DNA of 57,453 nt from Octopus sinensis (Eukaryota), in the NCBI RefSeq assembly GCF_006345805.1, contig NW_021833609.1:1-57453 (forward strand). Reading direction: 5' to 3'. The notes under the pieces were generated by a model that did no database searches, was not told the DNA's origin, and was given only the letters and a program-made list of their open reading frames with translations. Position numbers and translations under genes: made by a program. Position 1 is the first letter of the stretch. Each line of letters begins with the position of its first letter. Below are positions 13,318-27,300 of the stretch, piece after piece.

Positions 13318-14981
13318 GTAAGTATTTATTAAAAGTTATTTTGTTGTGTAAATTGGTTCTTCAGATATTTGTTCATCTCTCTACCAGTAACCTACAATCC
13401 AGGAAATACTACATCAATGTATAAGTCAGATTAGTACTTCCTGTATTACAATGTTATTTTCAAACGTCTTTTACTTAATTATTTCCAATACATTTTCTAC
13501 AAATATTGAAGCTTGGACGTTTCTAAAAAATAAAAAAACTGTTTATTGTTATTTTAACAGCTATATAACAATTACATTCTTTGAATACATATTTCTTTCT
13601 TCAGTATTCTCAGTTTTGTCATCTATATAGTAATAGTTTAAGTTAATAACGACAGGATATAATTATGATAATGGCAAGATGTAGATTATATTAGTTGAAT
13701 TCTTAACGAACTTTTTGCTCAATATTGTGAAATGCTCACTATTCTATTTTCTTTAGACTGATTCATTTTATGAATGAGCGATTGCGTAGGGTTTATTAGC
13801 AAGGGAGGTTACTCTTAACGTACTAATGAGGAAGTTGTTTAGGCTGTTGATTGACCTGTTAGAGATGACAGTCAAACCTCCCTCGAATCATATCCCCCAG
13901 TCTTGAGAAACAGAATGTCACGTAACATAGTGTATTTTTCAAATTTTCTAAAAGCTTGAATGTTTTGGATCATAGATCTGTTCGTTCTTGCTGACCTGGG
14001 GCTAAACAGCAACAGTAACTCTTAATGACTCCATTATACGTACATTATTTACATTTGATGGATATTTGTCCTCATCTTGTTTGTTGTTAACACAACTTTT
14101 CGGCTGATATACCTTCAAGCCTTCTTCAGGTATCTTGGGGAAATTTCGAACCTGGGTTCTCATTCCTGAGGTATTTTTCGCTGTTACAGATATTATTATT
14201 AACATTATAATCTCATTTTCCATGCCAGAATTGAATGGTCAGTTTCACAAGAGCCAGCGAGTTGTACTGCGTCAAGCTCCAGTCTCTGCTGTAGTATGGT
14301 TTCTACAGCTGGATACTCTAGCCATTTCAGTGTGTAGTGGGTGCATTTATGTGGCACTATCACTAGTTAGGTCAGTGTAAACTGGCAATACAGGACCGTG
14401 GAGCTGACTGGGATGTGTTGAGGGAAGTGGTTACATGCCAGGTGATAAGAAATTAAAATATGATAAAGAGATAAAAATAGGTGTCTTGTAGAGGAGATAC
14501 ATGATTACTCCAATTAGAAAGGGAAAGATGGTGATGAGGTGTGAAGATGTACCCTTAGAAGTTGAACATAAAAGAAGTGGGCTAGACAGTGACACAGGGT
14601 GAATGAGTTGGAAAGTTGACGAGTGTGGTCAAATAATATTTCCCAGTGTCAAACTGTGATTTTACTTACAATTATGTAAATCTGGTATGTTAACCAAGTA
14701 AACAATCATTGACATACTGCTATTAAAAAGAAGAGGGCAAGAACATAAATATAATTTTATTCAGATATACTTTCATTTCCAAAGAATTTAATCAAATTTT
14801 ATTAAAGAATCATAATTCTGTCTTCACTTTTATGTTTAATGTTGATGGTTGATTTTAATAGTTTGAGAATTATATTTGACTTGTGATTGATTTACGGGAC
14901 TAAATGTTAAGATGTATTTTATCTACATTTATTAAATTCTTCTTTGTGAATATCAGCATGTAATTATATTTCAGATTCAAA

Positions 14982-17357
14982 ATGTTTCCAGTATTAATGT
15001 TGATGCTGTTGTTGTTGGCTGAGAGCTGCCTTTGTGTGGACCATACCTACCATGTGAAAGAGAACAATGATGTACACAGTTATATTGGAGATATTGTCAC
15101 TGATACACACTTAATGGATAATATACAGTCCCAGGATAACAGCGACAAACTGACATTTAATGTTATCCAGGGTGTTACTGACGGAAGTGTTCAGTTGTTT
15201 AATGTTACACCTGGAGGACAACTGTACACAGCTTCCATATTGGATGCAGAAATTCTTTGTCAGTATAATGTGGAATGTTTCAGGATATTGGAAATAGCAG
15301 TTCAAGAAGGCCATTCTTTTATGAAGATATTAGAAATCAAAGTTATGATAGAAGATGTCAATGATAATTATCCTATATTTCCAAAAAAGGAACTTAAAAT
15401 ACAATTTGATGAAAATGATTTGATAGGAACGACAGAAACACTTCCCAATGCTATTGACAAAGATTTCAGTGTTCAGAATTCTAAACTCTCTTATCAACTG
15501 AAAGCAGATGAAGATATTCCTTTCAAATTGTTTGTTTCTAAGAAATCAGATGGAATTGATTTATTACAACTAATTTTGGAAAGTAACTTGGATCGTGAGA
15601 AAAAAGATGTATATAATATACTATTAATTGCCAGAGATGGAGGATCACCACCAAAGGAAAGTATATTTCATATACAAATATTGGTAGAAGATAAAAATGA
15701 TAACTCCCCTGTTTTCTCGCAAAATATCTACAATGTTACTGTAAATGGTACGCACAGAATAAACAAACCTATTCTGAGGTTGTCTGCAACAGATTTAGAT
15801 GAAGGAGAAAGTGGAAGAATTTCTTATATCTTTAGTAATGCCAAAACACCAAATAAAATAAAAGAATGCTTTAAGTTGGATGAAGCAACAGGAGAGTTGT
15901 TTCTGAAGCAAAAATTTCAGTTTGGAAGAATTTATAAATTATTTGTTGAAGCCAGAGATAATGGTATTCCTTCAATGTCTTCAACAGTTCCCATTCTAAT
16001 AAATGGAATCAGTCACATTAACAATCCACCAAACATTGATATCAAATTTGTTATAAAGTCAACTGGAAACACAGCTTTCATCTCAGAAGCATCTAAAATT
16101 GGCAGTTTTGTTGCTTATGTCAAAGTTACCGACAATGACAGTGGAAAAAATGGACAAGTGAAGTGTCATTTACAAAACAGATATCTTCAGCTAATCTCAG
16201 TGTCTGAAAAGAAATACAAAGTTGTTGTCAAGAGTGAAATAGATAGAGAAAGAGAAAAGAGCTTTAATTTCACCATTAAATGTCAAGATAATGGTTTACC
16301 TCCATTGAAAGTAGAGAAACAGTTTTCAATGCTGGTTACTGACATAAATGATGTACAACCTCAGTTTAGTCAGGACATATTTAAGTTTCTCACCTATGAA
16401 AATGAACACAAAGACTTCCCTGTTGGATATGTCAATGCCACAGACCCAGATATTGGAGATGGAGGACAATTAACCTATTCTCTATTATCTAATGGAAAAG
16501 ATATTCTACCATTTCAGATATCTGATGTGGGATTCATTTCCACAACTGAGTCCCTAGACAGAGAAGAAAAGAACCTGTATGAGTTTAAGGTTTTAGTAAA
16601 AGATAAAGGAACACCATCACTGGAGAAGAGAGCAAATGTTGTTGTTGAGGTTATGGATTTAAATGATAATGCTCCCTATTTCAGTTTCCCTAATGTTGAC
16701 CCTTTCAGTCTTAATGTCCACTACCATCCCCACTCTGACCAGGATATCACAGTTGTTAGGGCCTCTGACAGAGACAGCCAACACAATGCCTTCCTCACAT
16801 ATGAAATACTCAGAGGTAATGAGAAACACTTATTTCAAATGAACCATCACTCTGGTGTCTTATCTTTCTCTCGCTCACTTTACCAAAATGATGCTGGATT
16901 CTATGAACTGGAATTAGGTGTGAAAGACAGTGGCAGTCCAGTTCTGTCATCGACAACAACTTTGTCTTTGACTCTAACAGTGAGTAACACCACATCAAAG
17001 ATATTTAAGACCTCTTCAAAGACAACAACAGAATCAAGTAATGGTCTCCAATTGAATGTGATGATTGTTATTGTTATAGCAGCTGTGATCATATCAGTTG
17101 TCATAGTGATCTCTATATCGATCTGTATAGTTCATAGACTGAAGCAGACAGACAACAACTATAACAACAGTGTTGATATGTACCACAAGGTTACACCTGC
17201 ATTAAACACCCAATCGAAATATATATTTGTTCCTCCTGGTATTCAGTACACATTGGAGAGAAACATGAGCAAATCTCAACAACCCATGATGGATATGGAA
17301 GGTGTTCACTGCAGTGATGGATGGGGTAAACCAGCTTTCATTGAAACACATCAACAG
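14982..17357 (+). CDS. Protocadherin gene B, large exon; CDS join(14982..17357,18954..19104,19399..19703), 943 aa
   Basis: Acceptor tttcag| at 14974, ATG 14982. Six cadherin repeats + TM. Donor CAG|GTAAAA at 17357 (phase 0). Confidence 0.95.
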
Positions 17358-17551
17358 GTAAAATATTTGTCAGCTATTTAATAATGTTGAAATATGTGTA
17401 TTAATTACTGAAGCCTAGTTTGACCAATGCATTGTGAGTGAATTTGGCCAATAGAAACTGCATGAAAGAAATCCCATGTGTGTGTGTGTGTACTATATTT
17501 TATTAAATGTTCTCAATATTTCGATTAACAACAATCTGAATGGAAGATAAT

Positions 17552-17950
17552 ACTCTTAACTCTTTTACTTGTTTCAGTCATTTGACTGCGGTCATGCTGG
17601 AGCACTGCCTTTAGTCGAGGAAATCGACCTCCAGGACTTATTCTTTGTAAGCCTGGTACTTATTCTATTGGTCTATTTTTGCCGAACCGCTAAGTTACGG
17701 GGATGTAAACACACCAGCATCGGTTGTCAAGCGATGTTGGGGGGACTAACACAGATACACAAACACACACACATATATATATACATACATACAACGGACT
17801 TGTTTCAGTTTCCGTCTACCAAATCCACTCACAAGGCTATGGTCGGCCCAAGGCTATAGTAGAAGACACTTACCCAAGGTCCCACGCAGTGGGACTGAAC
17901 CCAGAACCATGTGGTTGGTAAGTAAGCTACTTACCATACAGCCACTCCTA
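17552..17950 (-). mobile_element. SINE family A
   Basis: Reverse complement of the 5564 element, with tail and tRNA-like head. Confidence 0.8.
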
Positions 17951-18384
17951 TAATGGTATTATATAACAACAAAAATGTCACTTTTGTACCACAGGATATT
18001 TATTGTTGAATGATTTCTTTGGTAACTTAAACTCATTCTTTATAAACAAAACATTTTATATTATTGTGATGATTTCTATTTTATGCAGAATCAAAATAAA
18101 AAATATATCCTTCAATAATGATTACAAATTTTGGCTGAAAATTAGTAATTTTGGGTCAGAGGATAAGATGTCTACAGCGATCTCAGTGTTCAACAATTAT
18201 TTTATCGACTCCAAAAGAATGGAACACATAAAACCTACTTTAGTACAACTTCAGAAAACAGTATTACTGAGGATAGCTAGGATCCTTAGGAAGGTTTGTG
18301 GCATCTGACGTTACTTGTTGTAGACCAATGTTAGGAATTTTTTTCCAACAGTCTAATCTGTTATGCGCTCATGAAAAATGAAAT

Positions 18385-18778
18385 AATAATAATAATAGTT
18401 CCGGATACTCCATACTGCTGAGGTACAGCCTTGAAAGATGTAATCAACCCTAGTACTAATTTTAAGTCAGGTAATTTTTTGCTGGGGGATGTAAATAAAC
18501 CGATACAAGTTGCAGTAAGAGACAAAGGTACGCACACATATGACAGGCTTCCAAAGTTTCTTATTTCTTTATTGCCCACAAGGGGCTAAACATAGAGGGG
18601 ACAAACATGGACAGACAAAGGGATTAAGTCAATTACATTGACTCCAGTGCGTGACTGGTACTTAATTTATCGACCCTGAAAGGATGAAAGGCAGAATTTG
18701 AACTCAGAATATAAAGACAGATAAAAGGACACTAAGTATTTTGTCCGATGTGCCAATGATTCTGCCAGCTCACTGCCT
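18385..18778 (-). mobile_element. Composite SINE remnants (second tRNA-derived family at 18557-18778 next to an older (AAT)n-tailed fragment)
   Basis: Minus-strand head AGGCAGTGAGCTGGCAGAA...GAGTTCAAATTC and core TTTCATCCTTTCAGGGTCGATAAATTAAGTACCAG. A related + copy lies at ~42245-42420. Confidence 0.55.
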
Positions 18779-18953
18779 TAACAGAAAGCATATAATGACA
18801 GGTTGAATAATGATTGATTAAGTGAAATTTGACTAAAGTTACTTTAAGGAACTTTATATCAGCTGGTTCCTGTTTTTCCATGAGTTGTGTTTTTAATAAA
18901 TTTTTGTTGTCTTCTTCCAAATTTCCTATTCATTATGGCATCTCAAAATTTAG

Positions 18954-19104
18954 GTATTTGTTCCAAGAGAAGAGAGCATGTATCCAGGTTATAGAGAACT
19001 AAACAGTGCTGACCAATTTAGTGAAATGTCAACATTATCATCTCATAATGATAGTGGTCATGGATGGAGTGTCGGTAGTGCTGGACATTATGAAGAACTA
19101 CCAG
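18954..19104 (+). CDS. Protocadherin gene B, 151-bp cytoplasmic exon
   Basis: ttag|GTATTTGTTCCAAGA...CCAG|gtaagt. VFVPREESMYPGYRELNSADQFSEMSTLSSHNDSGHGWSVGSAGHYEELP. Confidence 0.9.
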
Positions 19105-19398
19105 GTAAGTGATAAATTCTTGTTTCCATTTCCGTGACTGTTGCTTTATTTTAATGATAACATTTTTGAAGTTCTTTTTAAATCAAAGCTTTTTGTCTAA
19201 AGCACATTTTCCTTTCTGTGATATCAGTTGTAAGGCAGAAAAATATTTAGTTATGTACATCTCAATGTATACGTGCATACACACACAAACGCCCTTTAGT
19301 TCTTATGTCAAGATAAAGAATGTACTCTTAGAATTTATCCTTCATTTTTGGTACAATACTCAAATTGCATTATAATCTTTAAATGTAACTGTTTTTAG

Positions 19399-19703
19399 AT
19401 CTGTGCCGTTACCAAAGTGATCTCACATGGATTAGGAGAAATCGACTTCCACACACACTGAACAGATCAAAGGGAGATAACAATGGCTATCCCTTTCAAC
19501 CAGACGCCGATATGGACTCTTCCTATAATCAAATACCCTTGACTATAATTGGGACCACATCGAATATAGCTAAACATCCATCTACGGTAGCAAGGACAAA
19601 CGACTTTACTTCAAGTAGTAAAGTACCTCTATCAGCTGTACCAAAGGTAAAAACATTGCCAAGGGTACCTCCAGTACCTCCTGTGACAACACTAAACAAC
19701 TAA
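19399..19703 (+). CDS. Protocadherin gene B, terminal exon
   Basis: ttttag|AT CTG TGC CGT. DLCRYQSDLTWIRRNRLPH... in frame with ORF 19512..19703, ending VPPVTTLNN*. Confidence 0.9.
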
Positions 19704-19844
19704 CACCATACTTGAAAAAAACAAAAACAATGAAAACAAACAAAACAATACCTAAAGTGCTTGAAAAATACTAATAGGCAATTTGTTTAAATATGAAAAT
19801 GTTATTAAGAATCTTTTTTCTTTCTTTTTCTTTTTCTTTTTTAA

Positions 19845-20067
19845 TTGTTTCAGTCATTTGACTGCGGCCATGCTGGAGCACCGCCTTTAGTCGAGCAAAT
19901 CAACCTCGGGACTTATTTCTTTGTAAGCCCAGTACTTATTCTATCGGTCTCTTTTGCCGAACCGCTAGGTGACGGGGACGTAAACACACCAGCATCGGTT
20001 GTCAAGCTATGCTAGGGGGACAAACACAGACACACATACATATATACGACAGGCTTCTTTCAGTTTC
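19845..20067 (-). mobile_element. SINE family A, 3' half
   Basis: Matches the 3' half of the family A consensus seen in other copies. Confidence 0.75.
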
Positions 20068-20646
20068 ATAATTTTTTTTTATAGTTTTAGTTGATGTGGT
20101 AGATGCAAGTTTGAGATTAACTGCATGCATCTTTAAGGCACTAAATCTATCACAATATTTACATAACTGAAGCAAACACATGGTATATATCCATATTTAT
20201 CTTTCGGGTCGTGATAGCGAACTATTTATTCTGTAATGGCTTACAATTACAATTTTTGTCTAGAAAGGAAATTTCTCGTAAGACATAATTTTAATACAAA
20301 TAGAATTTTTTCTAAGTTACTATTTTGAGTTGGATATTTACTAAAGAGAATGAATCTTCAACTGTCTAGTTTTCAATTGTTATAATTGTAATTTAAATAA
20401 TTGATATTAGAGCAATTTAAGCAACAATTTATGGAAACATTTCAGAGATGAGATAGATGTGTTCCCCGAACTCAAGTTTTATAATGAAATAGTTTCTGAT
20501 TATGAGATAACACAAAGCACATCTTTATTAATTTCCATTACAAATATTTTAAGAAGTGATGCAATATTTCATTAGAAAAAAGTAAATTTTTATCTTCGTT
20601 AATATTGTCCTAACAAAATCACACATGATAAATCAATAGACAGAGC

Positions 20647-20683
<37 letters not shown>

Positions 20684-21234
20684 TTACATGCATTTGTTAA
20701 ACTAATTTAAAACAACAAAATATGTTAAAATCGTCATAGACATAGAATTTGGACCAAAAAATTTAATTGTACAAAAAGATGCAAACTTCTAAGGATATAA
20801 TTCTTTTGCAAAATCTGTTTTTGAGATATTCCATTTATTCATATTCTCACTATAAGCATGCCACTTTTAATATAATCTACAATTTTGTAAGTATTTCAGT
20901 AATTTAATAATGAGATAAACTACTCTAAAAATATTTTAAAATTGATATTATAGATTTGGTGAGTAAAAAGTTATGTCTAGCCAATAGAAAATTAAAAACT
21001 TGATTTTCAAAAAGCTTTATAACTTTTACTTAAATCGTGAAATAGCAATTATTTTCATTGATAATTAAAATACTTTAAAGTATTTCATAATAACATTTTT
21101 CAGCATTTATTGAGTGTTTGACCACAATGTTCTGCTCACTAACGTTTTCATAAACCATACTCATAAATTATATACTCCATATGTTCACACACACTTATGT
21201 ATATGTATGTGTGTGTGTGGGGGGGGGGAAGTAA

Positions 21235-21485
21235 ACTTGTCTGTGAGTCAGCCCATCATTTACTTCAAGAACTGGAGGCTGTACTTCCGTTTCCTTGCAT
21301 TGGAATAAAAGACAGCTTGTCATTGGCCACAACACATATTACACACTACACAGCCCACTTCATAGAACTATGTAACAGTGTGTGTCACATACCAAGCTCC
21401 TACTATTATTACAACTTCGTTACCAGAACACTGGAACAATACAGTTACAACTGTAGAAGCAACTGGCAGAAGTATAAACAACTTG
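21235..21485 (+). promoter_or_regulatory. Conserved promoter-like block + leader exon of Pcdh gene C
   Basis: TGAGTCA 21244-21250, TTCCGTTTCC, GACAGCTTGTCATTGG 21311-21326, donor ACTTG|GTAAGT at 21485/21486. Confidence 0.7.
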
Positions 21486-22561
21486 GTAAGTATTTCTTAA
21501 AAGTTTCTGTTTTGTGTAAATAATTTATTTAGACATTTATAACACTCTCTCTCTTTCTTTCTCTCTCTGTGTCTCTGTCTGTCTGTCTCTCTCTCTCTCC
21601 AAGAAACAACAATAAAAATAAGTTTAGTGACTTCCACATCCTCATGCTATTTGAGTAAAGACTTAATTTTCCTTGTCACCTGCGTTACCTTTAACAAATA
21701 TATAACGTTGGTGTTAAGAAATATTCTGATGTAGAAGTTTATCACTTACAGATGTATTTAATAATTATAATTATCAAAATATCTTTATGATATTGTGCAC
21801 CATATTTAGTCAGGATGTTAACGTAAAATAATAGGATATCATAAGATATATATATATATGTGCTTGATAATCGAATTTCCATGTTGCATTGTAAATTTGA
21901 TATGTCTTGTTTTCATCATATTCTATTATTAGAACAGAGTGTAAATAAGCTGGGAACAAGGGAGGCTATTCTTACTGAAATAGTAAATTCGGTGCAAATT
22001 AGTGAAGCACTGCTTTGGAAAACAATAAATAAATAAATAAATAGAAAAATTTCACGATGCAAAGTAAATTATTTCGTAAACTTTTTTGAGACGTCTTACA
22101 ATCTTGAACCACCAAGAAAATTTATTCAAGGGTCAAATTTATAGTTTAGGACGAGACCGTGAATTTCTTAATTTTTATTTTTTCTAAACACCCCCTTCTC
22201 CACCCACAGTCATCATCTTTATTGTCATTACCATCATTAAGATCTTTTTCAGCATGCTTGCATGGCTCAGATAGATTGCAATTAAGCAGATTTTCCTACG
22301 ACTGGGCACCCTTCCTGTTGCTAACCATTATCCGTTTCCAGGCAATGTGATATTTTCCCAAGGCCAGACATGTTTTTGCAGAATATGGTAATTAACCCTT
22401 TAGTGTTCAGATTATTCTATCAAACATAATGCTTATTGATTCCCTTTGATTTGAATTAATCATGCATTATCTCATATCTTCAAGATCTTGATGGTATAAT
22501 TACTTAATGTAGAATAACATTGTGGGGTAGGTGTGAGAGCCTGGATCTGGTCAGTTTGAAC

Positions 22562-25519
22562 ATCATCATCATCATCATCATCATTTAGCGTCCGTTTTCC
22601 ATGCTAGCATGGGTTGGACGGTTCAACTGGGGTCTGGGGAGCCCGAAGGTGCACCAGGCCAGTCAGATCTGGCAGTGTTTCTACAGCTGGATGCCCTTCC
22701 TAACGCCAACCACTCCGAGAGTGTAGTGGGTGATTTTATGTGCCACCGACACAGGTGCCAGACGAGGCTGGCGAACGGCCACGCTCGGATGGTGTTTTTA
22801 TGTGCCACCGACACAGGTGCCAGACGAGGCTGGCAGACGGCCACGCTCGGATGGTGTTTTTATGTGCCACTGACACAGGTGCCACATGAGGCTGGCGGAC
22901 GGCCACGATCGGATGGTGTTTGTTACGTCCCCAAAGCACGGAGGCCAGTCTATGCGGTACTGGCTACGGCCACGTTCGGATGATTTTTTGTGTGCCACCG
23001 GCACTGGTACCACAAAGATACAAATTCCATTGATGTCATCTATTTTGATGTTTTGATTTGATTTGATTTTCACTTGCCTCAACAGGTCTTCACAAGTGTC
23101 ACAAGAAGGACGGTATGCACAGGTGGACTGACTACGTCCAGGTAGGGGCCATGGGTTATGGCCTGACTAGTCTTGCCGGGTCTTCGGATGGTGTTTTTAT
23201 GTGCCACCGACACAGGTGCCAGATGAGGCTGGCGAACGGCCACGATCGGATGGGTTTGTTGCGTGCCCACAGCACGGAGGCCAGTCGATGCGGTACTGGC
23301 TACGGCCACGTTCGGATGGTTTTCTTGTGTGCCACCGGCACTGGTACCACAAAGATACAAATTCCATTGATGTTCATCTATTTTGATTTGATTTGATTTG
23401 ATTTTCACTTGCCTCAACAGGTCTTCACAGGTCTTCACAAGTGTCACAAGAAGGAAGGAAGGTATGCACAGGTGGACTGACTACGTCCCAAGTAGGGGCC
23501 ACGGGTTATAGCCTGACTAGTCTTGCCGGGTCTTCGGTTGGTGTTTTTATGTGCCACCAACACAGGTGCCAGATGAGGCTGGCGGACGGCCACGATCGGA
23601 TGGTGTTTGTTATGTGCCCACATCACAGAGGCCAGTCGATGCGGTACTGGCTACGGCCACGTTCGGATGGTTTTCTTGTGTGCCACCGGTACTGGTACCA
23701 CAAAGATACAAATTCCATTGATGTTCATCTATTTTGATTTGGTTTGATTGATTTGATTTGATTTGATTTGATTTTCACTTGCCTCAACAGGTCTACACAA
23801 GTGTCACACACTTGCCTCAACAGGTCTTCACAAGTGTCATAAGTAGGAAGGTATGCACAGGTGGACTGACTACGTCGCCGGGTCTTCGGATGGTGTTTTT
23901 ATGTGCCACCGACACAGGTGCCAGATGAGGCTGGCGAACGGCCACGATCGGATGGTTTTCTTGTGTGCCACCGGTACTGGAACCACAAAGATACAAATTC
24001 CATTGATGTTCATCTATTTTGATTTGGTTTGATTTTCACTTGCCTCAACAGGTCTTCACAAGTGTCACACGTGTCACACACTTGCCTCAACAGGTCTCCA
24101 CAAGTGTCACACACTTGCCTCTGCCTCAACAGGTCTTCACAAGTGTCACACACTTGCCTCTGCCTCAACAGGTCTTCACAAGTGTCACACACTTGCCTCA
24201 ACAGGTCTTCACAAGTGTCATAAGAGGGAAGGTATGCACAGGTGGACTGACTACGTCGCCGGGTCTTCGGATGGTGTTTTTATGTGCCACCGACACAGGT
24301 GCCAGATGAAGCTGGCGAACGGCCACGATCAGATGGTGTTTGTTGTGCCCACAGCATGGAGGCCAGTCGATGCTAGGGGTACGGCTACGGCCACGTTCGG
24401 ATGGTTTTCTTGTGTGCCACCGGTACTGGAACCACAAAGATACAAATTCCATTGATGTTCATCTATTTTGATTTGGTTTGATTTTCACTTGCCTCAACAG
24501 GTCTTCACAAGTGTCACACGTGTCACACACTTGCCTCAACAGGTCTCCACAAGTGTCATAAGAGGGAAGGTATGCACAGGTGGACTGACTACGTCGCCGG
24601 GTCTTCGGATGGTGTTTGTTGTGCCCACAGCACGGAGGCCAGTCGATGCGGTACTGGCTACGGCCACGTTTGGGTGGTTTTCTTGTGTGCCACCGGCACT
24701 GGTACCACAAAGAATACAATTCCACTGATGTTCATCTATTTTGATTTGTTTTGATTTGATTTTCACTTGCCTCAACAGGTCTTCATAAGTGTCACAAGAA
24801 GAAGGAAGGTATGCACAGGAGGACTGACTACGTCCCAGGTAGGGGCCACGGGTTATGGCCTGACTAGTCTTGCCGGGTCTTCTCCCGCACAGCATACTTC
24901 CATAGGTCTCGGTCTCTAGACATTTCCTTAGTGAGACCTAAAGTTCGAAGGTCGTGCTTCACCACCTCGTCCCAGGTTTTCCTGGTCTACCTCTTCCACA
25001 GGTTCCCTCAACTGCTAGGGTGTAGCACTTTTGCACACAACTATCTTCAGCCTTTCTCGTCACATGACCATACCAGCGCAGCCGTCTCTCTTGCACACCA
25101 CAACTGACGCTTCTTAGGTTCAACTTTTCTCAAGGAACTTACACTCTGACGATTATGAACACTGACATTACACATCCATCGGAGCATACTGGCTTCATTT
25201 CTTGCGAGCTTACGCATATCTCAGCAGTCACGGCCTATGTTTCACTACCATGTAGCATGGCTGTACGTACACATGCATCATACAGTCTGCTTTTACTCTG
25301 AGCGAGAGGCCTTTTGTCACCAGCAGGGGTAAGAGCTCTCTAAACTTTGCCCAGGCTATCTTACTCTAGCAGTTACACTTTCAGCACACCCACCCCCGCT
25401 ACTGACTTGGTCTCCTAGGTAGCGGAAGCTATCAACTACTTCTAGTTTGTCTCCCTGGAACGTGGCAGAAGTTGGTCTCTGCACATTTCCAGTGTTTATT
25501 GCTCCTGAGCATTTGCCAG
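22562..25519 (-). mobile_element. 5'-truncated RTE-clade LINE with tandemly expanded 3' region and (GAT)n tail
   Basis: Minus strand 25500-24860 translates (with lesions) to GDKLEVVDSFRYLG...FRELLPLL...MLRWMCNVS...ERRLRWYGHV...GRGRP.KTWDEVVKHDL..LGL...DRDLWKYAV, an RTE ORF2 C-terminus. It is followed by repeated 3'UTR units and ends at (CAT)n 22562-22585. Confidence 0.85.
22720..24900. repeat. Complex tandem repeat (~270-450 bp units with ~30-60 bp sub-repeats) from the RTE 3' region
   Basis: Six recurrences of CTATTTTGATTTG..TTTTCACTTGCCTCAACAGG near 23040, 23380, 23730, 24015, 24465 and 24737. Internal repeats of CACTTGCCTCAACAGGTCTTCACAAGTGTCACA and TGTGCCACCGACACAGGTGCCAG. Confidence 0.9.
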
Positions 25520-25658
25520 ATTAACTATTTTGGCCGGATATGGCCGGTTTAAATACTAAAGGGTTAAATAACCTTCATCTGCAAGAAGCAAGTGATGACA
25601 ACACCAGGAGACACATACACATACACACTCACACACAAACATAGGACAGGTTTCTTTC

Positions 25659-25838
25659 TTAGCACCCACTACACTCTCGGAGTGGTTGGCGTTAGGAAGG
25701 GCATCCAGCTGTAGAAACACAGCCAAATCAAGATTGGAGCCTGGTGCAGCCATCTGGTTCGCCAGCCCTCAGTCAAAATCGTCCAACCCATGCTATCATG
25801 GAAAGCTGACGTTAAACGATGATGATGATGAGGGTGAT
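25659..25838 (+). mobile_element. RTE-family 3' end fragment
   Basis: GGAGTGGTTGGCGTTAGGAAGGGCATCCAGCTGTAGAAAC...CCAACCCATGC...(GAT)n; inverse of 22562-22735. Other copies at 55622-55924 (+) and 37851-37983 (-). Confidence 0.75.
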
Positions 25839-25973
25839 GTCTACTAAATTCACTCACAAGGTTTTGGTTGGTGTTAGACTTTATTAAAAGATACTTTCCC
25901 TACGTGTCATATTGTAAGACTAACCCCGAAACGGTGTGGGTGGGAAGCAAACTTCTTAACTACTCACCCATAC

Positions 25974-26045
<72 letters not shown>

Positions 26046-26425
26046 AAATGCATGGTCCAGTGGTTAGGCTGTTGGGCAAACTATCACATGATCTCGGGGT
26101 TTCAATTCCTGGACTGAGCAGTGAGTTTTGTCCTTGAGTAAATCATGTCACTTCATGTTGCCTCAGTCTGCTCAGCTGTGGAGGATTACCAACTCAGTAC
26201 TGGTGCAGTTCTTTCTTCTGCTAACCGTCACATCCTTGATGTTTCACTAGGTGAAGGATGAGAGAGCCAAAAGTAGTTTGTTTTTGCTTATGATTATATA
26301 GACACCTAAAACAGTCAGTGAAAGCATTGAAGCCATTCTTGCTGGTGAGTGACACAAATGGTATAACCTACCCAGTCATACTTTCCTGCCCTTGTGTGCA
26401 TGTGACAGCTAATCTTTACATATAA

Positions 26426-26816
26426 CTAGCAGTATCGCCCGGCATTGCTAGGGTTTGTTTTGACCCTTTTGAATTAGAATTTTTGAAAAGTAAAAATTTT
26501 GCATTATGTAGCTTGTTATTCTCTTTAAGTGAACATTTTTCTGGTTGAAATACACCGAAAAATGGTGACACAGCAGTAAAAAAATCGTAAAAAATAGGTA
26601 TTTTCATAGAAAAAAAGGACTTTTTTGATGTAAATAATTTTTGGTGCTAACATGGTCCGATTAAACTTTTTTCTTCTATGGCAGGAAGAGCAAGACTTCT
26701 ATCATACTCTCAATTTTGGCCAACTTGCGCCGCAGGGTCTCGGAGGAGATAGTGTTAGTTGAAGGCTACCAAACCTGCCATACACAGACAACTTCAGCTT
26801 TATATATATAGAGAGA
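26426..26816 (-). mobile_element. Non-autonomous Helitron-like element (different internal sequence)
   Basis: A|CTAGCAGTATCGCCCGGCATTGCTAGGG left end, TATATATAGAGAGA|T right end, (CTGT)-like tract near the 5' end. Confidence 0.6.
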
Positions 26817-27300
26817 TTATACCATGCTGCTGCGAGATTCTGTTAGATTCCTTAAGTTCCATTTCAAAGCAAGATTATATGCTTATATTTTAAACTGTGT
26901 GTGCATGCATGCTTTAAGACATCCCTACTCTAACTAATGAATAATGGAAAATACAGAATATTTATAGATTGTGCAATGAGCATGCAAGCTTAATGTAGGT
27001 GCAGGCATAACTGTTTAGTTAATAAGTTCAATTCTTGACCATGTGATTTCAATTTCTTTCCCACCACATAACATTAACTGTAATTAACAGTATTCTATAC
27101 TGTAGCTTCTATATTATCATAATTATATTCAAAGTGTTAATATATCCTGTAATTGTTTTTAATGTTGAAGATTATTTTAACCTTACTACAGTATGCATAA
27201 TTTATTTTTATATAATTACATTAGAAGAGTATAACCATATCTATTTCCTATGTGCATATCCATTTCAGACCAGTGGAATATATTGAAGAAAATTAAAGAG

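Larger units (their letters stand above)
22396..25563. mobile_element. piggyBac-type MITE split by an RTE LINE insertion
   Basis: TTAA|CCCTTTAG at 22392-22403 and CTAAAGGG|TTAA at 25556-25567 form an 8-bp TIR with TTAA target duplication. Only ~165 bp on the left and ~45 bp on the right are MITE sequence. Confidence 0.65.

Noticed and set aside
22720-24900. Repeat array as a CRISPR-like system, or the ORFs within it as proteins
   Set aside because: Eukaryotic context, no unique spacers, and the units derive from an RTE 3' region.
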